This document shows, one piece after another, positions 27,985-37,873 of a stretch of 64,000 bases of DNA. The notes beneath the pieces were generated by a model. That model saw only the letters and a list, made by a program, of their open reading frames with translations. It was not told where the DNA came from and made no database searches. The stretch lies in the NCBI GenBank assembly GCA_031274295.1, contig JAISQI010000040.1, positions 1,190-65,189 of the forward strand, in the 5' to 3' direction. The first letter of the stretch is position 1. Every line of letters starts with the position of its first letter. Position numbers and translations under genes: made by a program. Source of the DNA: Holosporaceae bacterium. GTDB taxonomy: Bacteria; Pseudomonadota; Alphaproteobacteria; UBA3830.

Positions 27985-28421
27985 AAATATTTATTGCGGC
28001 GGATCACGCTGGATTTGCCATGAAACAGTACCTTTTAGAAAACTTCGAACGGAATATGGTCGATCTTGGCACTCATAGTCAGGAATCCTGTGACTATCCA
28101 CTATTCGCCCAAAAGCTGACCGATAAAATGCTGAACACCAAAGGAAGTTATGGCGTATTGATCTGTAATACCGGAATCGGCATGACCATCGCCGCCAACA
28201 GATGCCGAGGAATTCGCGCAGCGTTGTGTTTTAATGAAAAAATGGCCGAGCTGTCGCGACGTCATAACGACGCTAACATCATAGTTTTTGGCTCCGGCAT
28301 AGTGAATAACAAAAAAGCATTAAGTTGTCTTCGATTATTCCTCGATACTGAATTCGAATCCGGTCGCCACAGTAGAAGATTGCATCTGATCGATTCTGTC
28401 AATTCTATGCAACAAATTTAA
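27981..28421 (+). CDS. rpiB: ribose-5-phosphate isomerase B
   Basis: MKIFIAADHAGF, LICNTGIGMTIAANR, RHNDANI, FESGRHSRR. Confidence 0.85.
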   Translation: MKIFIAADHAGFAMKQYLLENFERNMVDLGTHSQESCDYPLFAQKLTDKMLNTKGSYGVLICNTGIGMTIAANRCRGIRAALCFNEKMAELSRRHNDANIIVFGSGIVNNKKALSCLRLFLDTEFESGRHSRRLHLIDSVNSMQQI

Positions 28422-29039
28422 TACCTTTTCCTTCGATATATGTATCACACTAGACAAATCATCACACATAATTACTGAATGCGTACTTTTTATAGCGTCT
28501 TTCACTGTATTTGGAGGACTATGTTTTTCCAAAAATTTGAGCATGTTTTCAGAAAAACACATGGCTCTGCCAATCTCTCTAATCCAGTAGTCTTTGTCTT
28601 TTAATTCCATGTTTTGGAATGTGATATTACACTTCTTTATTAGATTGAAAAAACTATAACAAATTCGCACATACAGTTGGCAATCCTTGGGAGATTGAAT
28701 TTGTAGTAACTCCTTTGCGAATAGGCGGGGAAGCTTGTCAATGGTATACGCATAAGCAATAACTTCTCTAGTATGTAAACAATCATCGATGAATGTGCAG
28801 CGAATAAAGTCATTCAGATCGTCCCTTATCAATGGGGCAGTGCTAGATCTTCCGGTAGAGTCATACACGGTAAAAACATTTGGACACGAATAGGATCTAC
28901 TAATAGTATTGTCGGCAGGAATCTCTGAAACTTCACGACAAGATTGACTGCCAGATTCTTCGGGTAACATAAAAGATAAAACATTCATCCCGTAACACAT
29001 CATAAACACAAACAATGTCAAAAAGACTGTTTTCTTCAA
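28335..29039 (-). CDS. hypothetical Cys-rich secreted protein (orphan)
   Basis: 234 aa with signal-like MKKTVFLTLFVFMMCYG and several Cys. No family recognised. The last 87 nt are antisense to the rpiB 3' end. Confidence 0.45.
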   Translation of the reverse strand: MKKTVFLTLFVFMMCYGMNVLSFMLPEESGSQSCREVSEIPADNTISRSYSCPNVFTVYDSTGRSSTAPLIRDDLNDFIRCTFIDDCLHTREVIAYAYTIDKLPRLFAKELLQIQSPKDCQLYVRICYSFFNLIKKCNITFQNMELKDKDYWIREIGRAMCFSENMLKFLEKHSPPNTVKDAIKSTHSVIMCDDLSSVIHISKEKVLNLLHRIDRIDQMQSSTVATGFEFSIEE

Positions 29040-29206
29040 TGTCCTTCTCCATAATTTGAATTAATTTATATTTTATCATTTTTTTAACTCAAAAGCAATT
29101 TTTATTGCAAAAAAATATCTTTGGCAAAAGATCACACATGACAATTCAGTGGAAGCCACCGTGAATTATGATATACTTTCCCTATAATACTTAGGAGCGA
29201 GATCAA

Positions 29207-30484
29207 TTGGATACAATTATTAGCACAAATTTTTTCGGGTATTTTTCTAATAAAACATTGAATGACGAGGTGTTTGGAGCAATAACCGACGAATTACAGA
29301 GACAGCAGAATCAAATAGAACTCATCGCGTCGGAAAATTTCGCATCTAGAGAAGTTCTTTCAGCTCTTGGAAGCGTTATGACCAATAAATACGCGGAAGG
29401 ATATCCGGACAGAAGATACTATGGTGGATGTAAATTCGTAGATATCGCTGAAAAAATAGCCATTGAAAGAATTTGTAAACTATTCGATTGCAAATTTGCC
29501 AATGTGCAGCCGCATTCCGGAGCGCAGGCCAATTTATCGGTTTTCTACGCCCTTGCTCAACCGGGAGACACAATTCTCGGAATGGGATTAGCGATGGGCG
29601 GACATTTAACCCACGGTTCCCCTCCCACCATCTCTGGAAAGTGGTTTCGCGCCGTCAATTACGGAGTAGATGAGAATGGAATTCTGGATTACGATCAAGT
29701 TCAGCGGCTAGCCGACGAACACAGACCGAAAATTATTCTAGCCGGAGCCTCCTCCTATTCGCGCCGGATAGATTTTGCGCGCTTTAGGAAAATTGCCGAC
29801 TCCGTCGGAGCCTATTTGTTTGCCGACGTCGCCCATTACGCCGGATTAATTGTAGCCGGACTTTACCCATCTCCCATTGGTCATGCCCATGTGGTGACTT
29901 CAACGACCCATAAAACCTTGAGAGGACCTCGCGGCGGCATTATTCTCACCAACGACGAGGTCATTGCTAAAAAAGTAGACAGTGCCGTATTTCCAGGAGT
30001 GCAGGGAGGGCCCCAGATGCACACCATCGCAGCAAAAGCGGTTGCGTTCGGAGAGGCTTTGCGGCCGGAATTCAAAAAATATGCTCGAGACGTTCTGGAA
30101 AACTCTATAGCCATGGCTGCTCGCCTTCAGGAGCATGGATTAAACGTAATTTCCGGAGGAACTGACTCTCACATGTCTGTTGTCGATGTCAGCGGGTTAT
30201 CGATTACTGGAAAAATTGCTGAAGTCGAGTTAGAAGAGGCTGGCGTCACCTGCAATAAAAATGCAATTCCATTTGATAAATTACCTCCATCCCAAACTTC
30301 CGGCATAAGAGTGGGATCTGCAGCCATGACCACCAGAGGACTGGGAGTGAATGAATTTAAGAAAATAGCGGATTTAATCCATAAAGTACTTTCAAAGTAT
30401 GGAAAATCAGAGTATGAAACAGTTAAAAGGGAAGTAAGAGCAGAAACACTGGATTTGTGCAAAAAATTTCCCCTCTACGCGTAG
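29207..30484 (+). CDS. glyA: serine hydroxymethyltransferase
   Basis: ELIASENF, YAEGYPDRRYYGG, VTSTTHKTLRGPRGG (PLP lysine), GGPQMH. TTG start with AGGAG upstream. Confidence 0.95.
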   Translation: MDTIISTNFFGYFSNKTLNDEVFGAITDELQRQQNQIELIASENFASREVLSALGSVMTNKYAEGYPDRRYYGGCKFVDIAEKIAIERICKLFDCKFANVQPHSGAQANLSVFYALAQPGDTILGMGLAMGGHLTHGSPPTISGKWFRAVNYGVDENGILDYDQVQRLADEHRPKIILAGASSYSRRIDFARFRKIADSVGAYLFADVAHYAGLIVAGLYPSPIGHAHVVTSTTHKTLRGPRGGIILTNDEVIAKKVDSAVFPGVQGGPQMHTIAAKAVAFGEALRPEFKKYARDVLENSIAMAARLQEHGLNVISGGTDSHMSVVDVSGLSITGKIAEVELEEAGVTCNKNAIPFDKLPPSQTSGIRVGSAAMTTRGLGVNEFKKIADLIHKVLSKYGKSEYETVKREVRAETLDLCKKFPLYA

Positions 30485-30496
30485 TCTGGAGATAAC

Positions 30497-30952
30497 ATGA
30501 CAAAGAATCGCAGATCCCAGGGCGGATTGCGTAGTATGGCGAGGCTTTGCGCGGTGCAGATGGTTTATCGCGCCCACATAACGGGTTGTCCAATGAAAAC
30601 CATTGCGACGGAATTGGGTGACCATAGCGAAACCGTCATTACAGAAAATATTTCCATATCTGAAATGGACAGGGATTTTTTTCTACGGCTGATCGAAACC
30701 GTCGAAGATAATTCGGCAAAAATAGATGAAATGATTTCAGAAAACCTCTCGGATAATTGGAAATTTGATAGATTAGACAATGTAATGAAGTCCATTCTGA
30801 GACTGGGAATCGCAGAACTTTTACATTTTCAGGATATTCCCCCCAACGTCGTATTCAACGAGTACATAGAAATTTCCAAATCGTTTTTCGAAAAGAGCGA
30901 AGTCGCTTTCATCAATGGAATACTAAACTCTGTCGGAAAATCTCTTTCTTAA
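30497..30952 (+). CDS. nusB: transcription antitermination factor NusB
   Basis: 151 aa, ARLCAVQMVY ... RLDNVMKSILRLGIAELL ... INGILN. Confidence 0.8.
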   Translation: MTKNRRSQGGLRSMARLCAVQMVYRAHITGCPMKTIATELGDHSETVITENISISEMDRDFFLRLIETVEDNSAKIDEMISENLSDNWKFDRLDNVMKSILRLGIAELLHFQDIPPNVVFNEYIEISKSFFEKSEVAFINGILNSVGKSLS

Positions 30953-30968
30953 ACATGGCGACAATGCT

Positions 30969-33605
30969 TTAGGACATTGCCAGTTCTTTGAGCTCGTATA
31001 ATACATCCAACGCATGCTTAGGGGACACATTATTTAAATCAAGCGCGTCTAATTTCTGTTTTAGCTTAGAATCTCCAGCATAACAAAATTCTATCTGTTC
31101 AGACATTCCTCCAAGAATATTAGCGGAAGTTTTATCATCTTTTGATTCAAAATTTTTTAGAAGATCAGATGCTCTTTTGATGACGGATTTTGGTACCCCT
31201 GCAATGCTAGCCACATGTATACCATAAGATTTATCGGCAATTCCTTCGATAATTTTATGATAAAATATCACATCTCCATTCCATTCTTGCACTTTGAGCG
31301 TTTTACATTTTATATTCTTCAGAGAATTCTGCATAGCTGTGAGTTCTCTGTAATGCGTAGCAAATAAAACGCGACATTGGTTGATTTTATAGAGATGTTC
31401 TATAACAGCCCATGCTATGGACAGACCGTCGTACGTAGATGTTCCGCGCCCAACTTCATCCAATATAACGAACGATTTTTCGGTTGCTTGATTTAAAATA
31501 GTTGCCGTTTCTATCATTTCAACCATAAACGTGGAACGCCCACGAGCAATATCGTCTGAAGCTCCAATGCGCGAAAACAATCTATCTACAATTCCAATGA
31601 CGGCTTTGGTTGCAGGAATATAACTTCCGATCTGCGCAAGAATTACAATTAGCGCGTTCTGACGAAGATACGTACTCTTTCCAGCCATATTTGGTCCAGT
31701 GAGCAAGCAAATTTTTGAATGAATATCCAGATCGCAGTCATTACTTGTAAAATCTTTAACGTGAATATCAAGAATCGGGTGTCTGCCGTTTTCTATTTCA
31801 AGAATCTGATCTGTGGAAATTTCTGGTCTAATGTAGTTTCTCGTCAGAGCTATATGAGCGAAATTTGTATAGATATCCAAGAGCGCCAATGTCTTTATTG
31901 CATACGAGATTTCGTCCTGTAATTTCAGGACTTCATTAACAATTTCTCTGTACAATTTTTCTTCCAACTGGCTGCATTCATTCATAACGTCCATCAGCTT
32001 TGCCTGCAGAGAAATTAATTCTTCTGTAGTATATCTAATGCCATTTACAAGAGTCTGACGATGTACGAATTGATCCGTTATCTTACTTTTTTGGGAAAGA
32101 GGAATTTCTACATACCAGCCTAAAATTGCATTATTTCTTATTTTTAGCGCATTAATTTCTGTTTCCCTAATATATTTACTTTGAAGATCCGCTATCAATT
32201 CTTCTTCGTGACTTTTTAGATATTTCAACTCATCCAATTGTTTAGAATATCCATTGGCAAGCACACCCGACATCGTTCCGTTGGTGGCTGGTAATTTCTC
32301 AATTAAAGCTGTTTCGAGCAAATTAGACAATTCAGAAAAATCTCTCAATTTCTCAACATAGTATTCTCCTTCGCTCGGCATATTTACATCCCTAAAGAAA
32401 GTTTTTATATGACTTATAATCTGCAAAGATCCTCGAATATCCCCCAGATCTCGGGGAGAAAATTTATTAAATTTTATTCTGCTAATGGCTCTTTCAAAAT
32501 CCGGACATTCGGATAGAGTATCGCGAACTAATTTCATTAATTTTTCGTTCTTAACGAAAAATTCCAAACAGTCCAACCGTTTTTCTAGCATATCCTTATT
32601 GACTAGAGGCATTGATATCCGCGCAGCAAGAGCCCTTGATCCAAATGACGTCTGGGTTCCATCTATTGCGCCCAACAAACTATACTCGTTCTCTCCATGA
32701 CATGAAGTCGTTATTTCTAAACTTTTACTCGTGGACGGATCAATTATCAAATAATTACAAAACGATACTTTTTTAGGAACGGGCAAATTGGAAAAATTAT
32801 CCCGCTGTGTTATTAGTAAATATTCCAAAACAGCTCCGCAGGACGATAGTTCGTTGTTTAATTTTATGCCAAAACCGTCTAGCGTATTAACTTTGAAATA
32901 TTTCTCCAATCTGTCTCTTTCAACGACGGGATTAAATTTTGAGTCCGGTAAAGACGTTATTACGTCCCCGCTTATGGAAGACATTAATTTTACAAATTCA
33001 GATTTTTCTATGCTCGAAGGAATCAATACTTCTCTCGGTCTATACACTTCCAAAACGGAAGGGAATTCATCTTCCAAACAAGTATTTACAAAAAAATCTC
33101 CGGTAGAAATGTCAATGGCTGCAAAACTCACCGTTTTAATTTTTTGTGTTTTGGAACAAACATCCGGAACAACTGACATCAGGAAATTATTTTTATTGGA
33201 ATTTAATAAATTTTCTTCGATTATTGTTCCGGCGGTTAGAATTCTGGTAACTTCCCGTTTTACGAGCGCCTTATAGCCGCGTTTTTTCGCCTCCTGAGGA
33301 TCTTCAACCTGATCACATATGGCGACCTTTTGGCCGTATTTCACAAGGCGGCCAATATACGCATCGACAGTCGCAACCGGCACTCCACACATGGGAATAT
33401 TTTCACCAAGATGTTTCCCTCGCTTAGTGAGAGCAATATTTAGTATCGAAGATGCGATTTTAGCATCCTCAAAAAATAATTCGTAAAAATCTCCCATACG
33501 AAACAACAATAAGCATCCGGGATACTGTGATTTTATAGTCAAATACTGAGACATAATCGGAGTCGTATCTTTTATTGTACTGTAAAATAAACTGTCGTCT
33601 TCCAT
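30969..33605 (-). CDS. mutS: DNA mismatch repair protein MutS
   Basis: 878 aa: TPIMSQYLTIKSQYPGCLLLFRMGDFYELFFEDA, Walker A GPNMAGKSTY, ILDEVGRGTSTYDG, ATHY. Confidence 0.95.
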   Translation of the reverse strand: MEDDSLFYSTIKDTTPIMSQYLTIKSQYPGCLLLFRMGDFYELFFEDAKIASSILNIALTKRGKHLGENIPMCGVPVATVDAYIGRLVKYGQKVAICDQVEDPQEAKKRGYKALVKREVTRILTAGTIIEENLLNSNKNNFLMSVVPDVCSKTQKIKTVSFAAIDISTGDFFVNTCLEDEFPSVLEVYRPREVLIPSSIEKSEFVKLMSSISGDVITSLPDSKFNPVVERDRLEKYFKVNTLDGFGIKLNNELSSCGAVLEYLLITQRDNFSNLPVPKKVSFCNYLIIDPSTSKSLEITTSCHGENEYSLLGAIDGTQTSFGSRALAARISMPLVNKDMLEKRLDCLEFFVKNEKLMKLVRDTLSECPDFERAISRIKFNKFSPRDLGDIRGSLQIISHIKTFFRDVNMPSEGEYYVEKLRDFSELSNLLETALIEKLPATNGTMSGVLANGYSKQLDELKYLKSHEEELIADLQSKYIRETEINALKIRNNAILGWYVEIPLSQKSKITDQFVHRQTLVNGIRYTTEELISLQAKLMDVMNECSQLEEKLYREIVNEVLKLQDEISYAIKTLALLDIYTNFAHIALTRNYIRPEISTDQILEIENGRHPILDIHVKDFTSNDCDLDIHSKICLLTGPNMAGKSTYLRQNALIVILAQIGSYIPATKAVIGIVDRLFSRIGASDDIARGRSTFMVEMIETATILNQATEKSFVILDEVGRGTSTYDGLSIAWAVIEHLYKINQCRVLFATHYRELTAMQNSLKNIKCKTLKVQEWNGDVIFYHKIIEGIADKSYGIHVASIAGVPKSVIKRASDLLKNFESKDDKTSANILGGMSEQIEFCYAGDSKLKQKLDALDLNNVSPKHALDVLYELKELAMS

Positions 33606-33798
33606 GTTAAACTCATATTACATTATGTTATATAATAATACAGAAATGTTGACAAAAGGATATCAAAAATCAAGTTTTTCTTCGATAAAAACCCTCATAA
33701 AGTCGTTGGCGTATGTTGCTCCCTAAGATAAAATGAATGTGGATATTGGTTAAGGGTTATGCTAGGCTTTGGGCGCTATATTTAATCGCGGAGTTTTT

Positions 33799-34698
33799 AT
33801 GTACATGATTATATGGATTGTACCTGCAGTTTTATTGTTTATTTTAGGCGGCTTTTTTACTGTACAGCAACAGAGTTGTGCAGTTATTGAAAGATTTGGA
33901 AAATTTCACCGCATTGTAGATCCGGGATTAAGATGGAGAATACCAATTATCGATAATATTCTAACTAGATTATCCTTGAGAATTCACCAGTTAGATGTGT
34001 CGGTGGAAACAAAAACGCTGGACAACGTATTTGTCAACGTTGTTATAGCAGTTCAATATAAGGTTCTCGCGGAAAAAGTTTTCGAAGCGTGTTATACTTT
34101 GCAGGATCCGGAATACCAAATAAAGGCCTTCGTTTTTGATCTCGTTAGAGCCCAAGTTCCCAAGTTAGTCTTGGACGATGTCTTTTCTAAAAAAGACGAC
34201 ATCGCAGACGCTGTCCAGACGGAATTGGAAAAACCGATGTCGGAATTTGGTTATGGCATTATAAAAGCTCTTGTCACCGATATTAATCCAGACCAAAACG
34301 TAAAAGCCGCCATGAACGAAATCAATACAGCTCAAAGGCTACGAGTTGCCGCCACCGAAAAGGGCGAAGCGGAAAAAATACTGAAAGTCAAGCAGGCAGA
34401 GGCGGAAGCGGAAGCTAGTATACTGCACGGAAAAGGAGTTGCCGGGCAAAGACAGGCCATAATAGAAGGATTGAGTCAATCGGTGGAGGGCTTTGTAAAA
34501 CAAGTTCCTGGGACTCAGGCGTCGCACATTATGGATATGGTCTTGTTGATTCAATACATAGATACGCTAAAAGAAATCGGAGCTGGATCCAAATCAAACG
34601 TAGTGTTTATACCCCATTCTCCGGGTAGTGTATCAGAATTAAGCGAACAAATTCGCGAAACAATATTTGCCGCCCAAAAAATATCAGAAAAAGACTAG
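33799..34698 (+). CDS. SPFH/band-7 (stomatin/prohibitin-like) membrane protein
   Basis: N-terminal TM, then VIERFGKFHRIVDPGLRWRIPIID and an Ala/Glu coiled region. ATG 33799 with GGAG upstream is preferred over TTG 33769. Confidence 0.8.
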   Translation: MYMIIWIVPAVLLFILGGFFTVQQQSCAVIERFGKFHRIVDPGLRWRIPIIDNILTRLSLRIHQLDVSVETKTLDNVFVNVVIAVQYKVLAEKVFEACYTLQDPEYQIKAFVFDLVRAQVPKLVLDDVFSKKDDIADAVQTELEKPMSEFGYGIIKALVTDINPDQNVKAAMNEINTAQRLRVAATEKGEAEKILKVKQAEAEAEASILHGKGVAGQRQAIIEGLSQSVEGFVKQVPGTQASHIMDMVLLIQYIDTLKEIGAGSKSNVVFIPHSPGSVSELSEQIRETIFAAQKISEKD

Positions 34699-34727
34699 TT
34701 AAACTATTGGAATTTTCCAGAGATAAC

Positions 34728-35867
34728 TTATATTGCTAAAACGATACCATTTTCTGGTTTCCAGTATAGAAAAACCTCGTCATCCCACTGAATTGGACGT
34801 TCCGCCGCACGAACTGAATTAGTTACCGTGGCGAAAACCATCACGCCTGATCTAAGGTTTACGTGATAAATTGAAACATCCCCCAGATATACTATGTCTT
34901 TTACAATTCCACTAGTCCAATTGTACTCACCTTTTGGCTGCGCATCCGTCAGCATAACTTTTTCAGGACGAATTGCCACGCTGATTTGCGCTCCTATCGG
35001 AACCGAAGCGGAATGACTAACGTATAGATTTTTTTCCATCGCCGTGGATTTCACTACCACGTGATCGGATTTTTCTTCGACAATAATTCCATCGAATAAA
35101 TTCACTGATCCAATGAAATTAGCGACATATTTTGAGTTTGGATATTCATAAATCTCCGTTGGTCCTCCGACCTGCAAAATACGCCCCTCGTTCATTAAGC
35201 CTATACGAGAAGACATGGTCATGGCTTCTTCCTGATCATGGGATACCATTATAAATGTAACTCCGACTTTCTCCTGAATATTGACCAGCTCCAATTGCGT
35301 ACGTTCTCTTAGTTTTTTATCAAGAGCCGCGAGAGGCTCGTCCAGCAGAACTAATTTAGGCTGTTTTACCAGACTTCTAGCAAGGGCAACGCGCTGCATC
35401 TCTCCTCCGGAAAGCTGATCTGGTTTTCTGCGCTCATATCCACTCATTTGCACCAATTCAAGATATTCGTTCACCCTATCTCTGATGTCATTCTTAGGCA
35501 AACCTTCTTGGATTAATCCGAATGCAACATTTTGTTCGACGGTCATATGAGGAAACAACGCATACGATTGAAACACCATGCTTACAGGACGTTTGTGAGG
35601 AGGAGTATCAGTCATATCCCCCCCATCGATAAATATTTTTCCCGAAGTTGGCGATTCGAATCCGGCCAGCATTCTTAGCAAAGTCGTTTTACCGCAACCA
35701 GATCTTCCCAACAGAGAAAACAACTCCCCCTTATATATCGAAAGAGATACATCATTAACTGCAACTCTACCGCCAAATGTCTTGGTAAGATTTTTTATGG
35801 AAACATAAGGCTGCGCTTTCGGATCTTGCCATGGCTCCAGTTTGCTAAGATATTTCGATTGCACCAT
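34728..35867 (-). CDS. potA: spermidine/putrescine-type ABC transporter ATP-binding protein
   Basis: Walker A GRSGCGKTT, signature LSGGEMQRVALAR, Walker B LVLLDEPL, PotA-like C-terminal regulatory domain. Confidence 0.8.
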   Translation of the reverse strand: MVQSKYLSKLEPWQDPKAQPYVSIKNLTKTFGGRVAVNDVSLSIYKGELFSLLGRSGCGKTTLLRMLAGFESPTSGKIFIDGGDMTDTPPHKRPVSMVFQSYALFPHMTVEQNVAFGLIQEGLPKNDIRDRVNEYLELVQMSGYERRKPDQLSGGEMQRVALARSLVKQPKLVLLDEPLAALDKKLRERTQLELVNIQEKVGVTFIMVSHDQEEAMTMSSRIGLMNEGRILQVGGPTEIYEYPNSKYVANFIGSVNLFDGIIVEEKSDHVVVKSTAMEKNLYVSHSASVPIGAQISVAIRPEKVMLTDAQPKGEYNWTSGIVKDIVYLGDVSIYHVNLRSGVMVFATVTNSVRAAERPIQWDDEVFLYWKPENGIVLAI

Positions 35868-35950
35868 TTGAATTCAACATATTTTACAGGTAATGTATAG
35901 CATAATGATACATGCTTTTAAATCAGGAACAATTTAAATAAATCGTTTTG

Positions 35951-36313
35951 CTACCAATCGGAACAAATAAACGAAGCATCGAGGAGATTTTTCACTGGAG
36001 GGCGAGGTTTCATTATTTCGACGCGTTTTAGAATAGACGGAGTATTCAAATATTCGGAGATTGCTTCATATAAAAATTGCGTTGCCCTTTCTAGAAGATT
36101 AAATTGAGCATTTTGCAGTTTTTCGTCTATGAAAGCTAGTAATTGCGAATAACAAACCGTGTCATCGACGCTATCGCTGTTGCACGCATCATTTTTTTCT
36201 GGAAAACGCAAGCTTACGTTGATGATAACTTTGCGTTTTTTACGCTTTTCCGAACTATTGTTTCCCAAAACAAAATATGTTTCATAATTCGTGATATTCA
36301 ATTGCTTAATCAT
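35951..36313 (-). CDS. folB: dihydroneopterin aldolase-like (FolB family)
   Basis: 120 aa, colinear with FolB: leading beta strand, GxxxxE, D(S)VDDTVCYSQL, FNLLERATQFL, KP...A near the C-terminus. Confidence 0.55.
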   Translation of the reverse strand: MIKQLNITNYETYFVLGNNSSEKRKKRKVIINVSLRFPEKNDACNSDSVDDTVCYSQLLAFIDEKLQNAQFNLLERATQFLYEAISEYLNTPSILKRVEIMKPRPPVKNLLDASFICSDW

Positions 36314-36330
36314 ATTTAATAACCTAAAAC

Positions 36331-36407
36331 TGGCGCGTCCGAGAGGATTCGAACCTCCGACCTTCTCCTCCGGAGGGAGACGCTCTATCCAGCTGAGCTA
36401 CGAACGC
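36331..36407 (-). tRNA. tRNA-Arg (anticodon CCG)
   Basis: The reverse complement GCGTTCGTAGCTCAGCTGGATAGAGC... folds as a 77-nt cloverleaf with anticodon loop CTCCGGA, T-loop TTCGAAT and encoded CCA. Confidence 0.9.
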
Positions 36408-36769
36408 GTAAAATGTATTCTATCTGCTCTGTTTCCAATGAGCAATCAAGATTTTTAAACTTGTCCCCCATTAATATCAATACATATGAGATTGATAATA
36501 AATTGCGAAAACAACTAAACATTGTCGTCTTAAACTTATTTTTTAAAAAAATGGTGACAATAGTGTAAAGAAAATGCAGAGAATTCTGGGGAGGTCTTTT
36601 ATGAAAAGAACACAGCGCTCGTGCAACTGCAGTGAAGCCGATTCGGCAGTTCTGGTCTTCGAGTTCTTTACAAATACATTTTAAGTAATTTTTTTACCTT
36701 TGAAACAGATATTTTAACACTTTTTTTACCTTTTATATGTTACCATTTGTCCAATAAAATAGTGGAGAA

Positions 36770-37510
36770 GTGTCAATGAAATACTCTTATATTAGTGCAT
36801 CTATTATTATCGCCTGCGGCTTGGTTGGTTTTGGGTATTTCTCATCCAAAAACATAAAAGCCAGCTCTGAATTAGTAGAAGTTAAAGGATTATCGGAAAA
36901 GGTAGTTCGAGCTAATATTGGAGAGATGACCGTAATCATCTCAAACAGCGACGATAATTTTGAAAAATTATATAAAAAACGTATTTCCGATAAAGATAAA
37001 GTCATAGGCTTTTTGAAAAGCCAAGGAATAACTGAGGAAGAAATAATAAATTCGTCAATGGATGCATCCGAATACGAAGAAGAAAATAAGACCATTTCAT
37101 CTGGAGTGACAACGGTAAAGAAACACAAGTATTTCAAAACAGAAGATAAGATAAACATTCGTACAAAGGATATTGGAAAGATACAAAAAATAAAAGAAGG
37201 AATCGCTAAACTTTCTTCCGAAGGAGTTTGGATCAATTATAATTATTCATATCCGTTGACGAATTTTTCAGATATAAAAATGGAAATGATGCAAGAAGCG
37301 TCTGAAAACGCTAAAAAAAATGCTGAAGCTTTCATAAAACCATATAAACAAAAAATTAGTACAGTCGTCTACCTAAAGCAAGGAGAAATAACCATCCGTG
37401 GCGAAGATGAAGCAGAAAGCATAGAGAGTTGGAATTCAAAAGAAAGCACGAGCATTAATAAAAAACTGAGGCTTGTTATAAGAGCTGGATTCGCAAAATC
37501 CAAAAAATAA
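36770..37510 (+). CDS. SIMPL-domain (BP26/OMP28-like) periplasmic protein
   Basis: 246 aa with a signal/TM segment. Overall layout and the C-terminal LRLVIRAGF resemble DUF541/SIMPL proteins. Confidence 0.55.
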   Translation: MSMKYSYISASIIIACGLVGFGYFSSKNIKASSELVEVKGLSEKVVRANIGEMTVIISNSDDNFEKLYKKRISDKDKVIGFLKSQGITEEEIINSSMDASEYEEENKTISSGVTTVKKHKYFKTEDKINIRTKDIGKIQKIKEGIAKLSSEGVWINYNYSYPLTNFSDIKMEMMQEASENAKKNAEAFIKPYKQKISTVVYLKQGEITIRGEDEAESIESWNSKESTSINKKLRLVIRAGFAKSKK

Positions 37511-37873
37511 TATTCGAGGTCATATGAAAAAGTTGATGATAAATAGATTTTTTGTAAAGATATGCGATTGTTTGTCTGTTCCGACAAACAACCCCGTGTC
37601 GTACTATTTTAATATTCCAATGATGATTGCTAATCCTCTGTACAGTTACGTATTTTTACGCAATATAAATGATACAAATACGTACCGCAGTAATCTTGCG
37701 TTTGCTAGACAACATAGAAGAAAGACCTCTACGATTGTTGATTTGCCCTAATACTCTGCATCAATTGCGACATAGAAGATTAATGTCATACTAATATAAA
37801 AAATCCCGATGTTAAGTATTTTTTTGAATATTTGTGAGAGTATAGTATTGTTAGCTTGTTTCAGGAGGTGTAA

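Noticed and set aside
37524-37751. 75-aa ORF directly after the SIMPL gene and upstream of clpX, with a weak GAGG upstream.
   Set aside because: No recognisable family and an unremarkable composition. I cannot support it as a gene without expression or conservation data.
37511-37873. clpX-lon lacks clpP (and tig) upstream. Likewise rplS does not follow trmD at 9058.
   Set aside because: These are differences in gene order that fit the general rearrangement of this genome. The missing genes are probably elsewhere, so there is nothing specific to test in this window.
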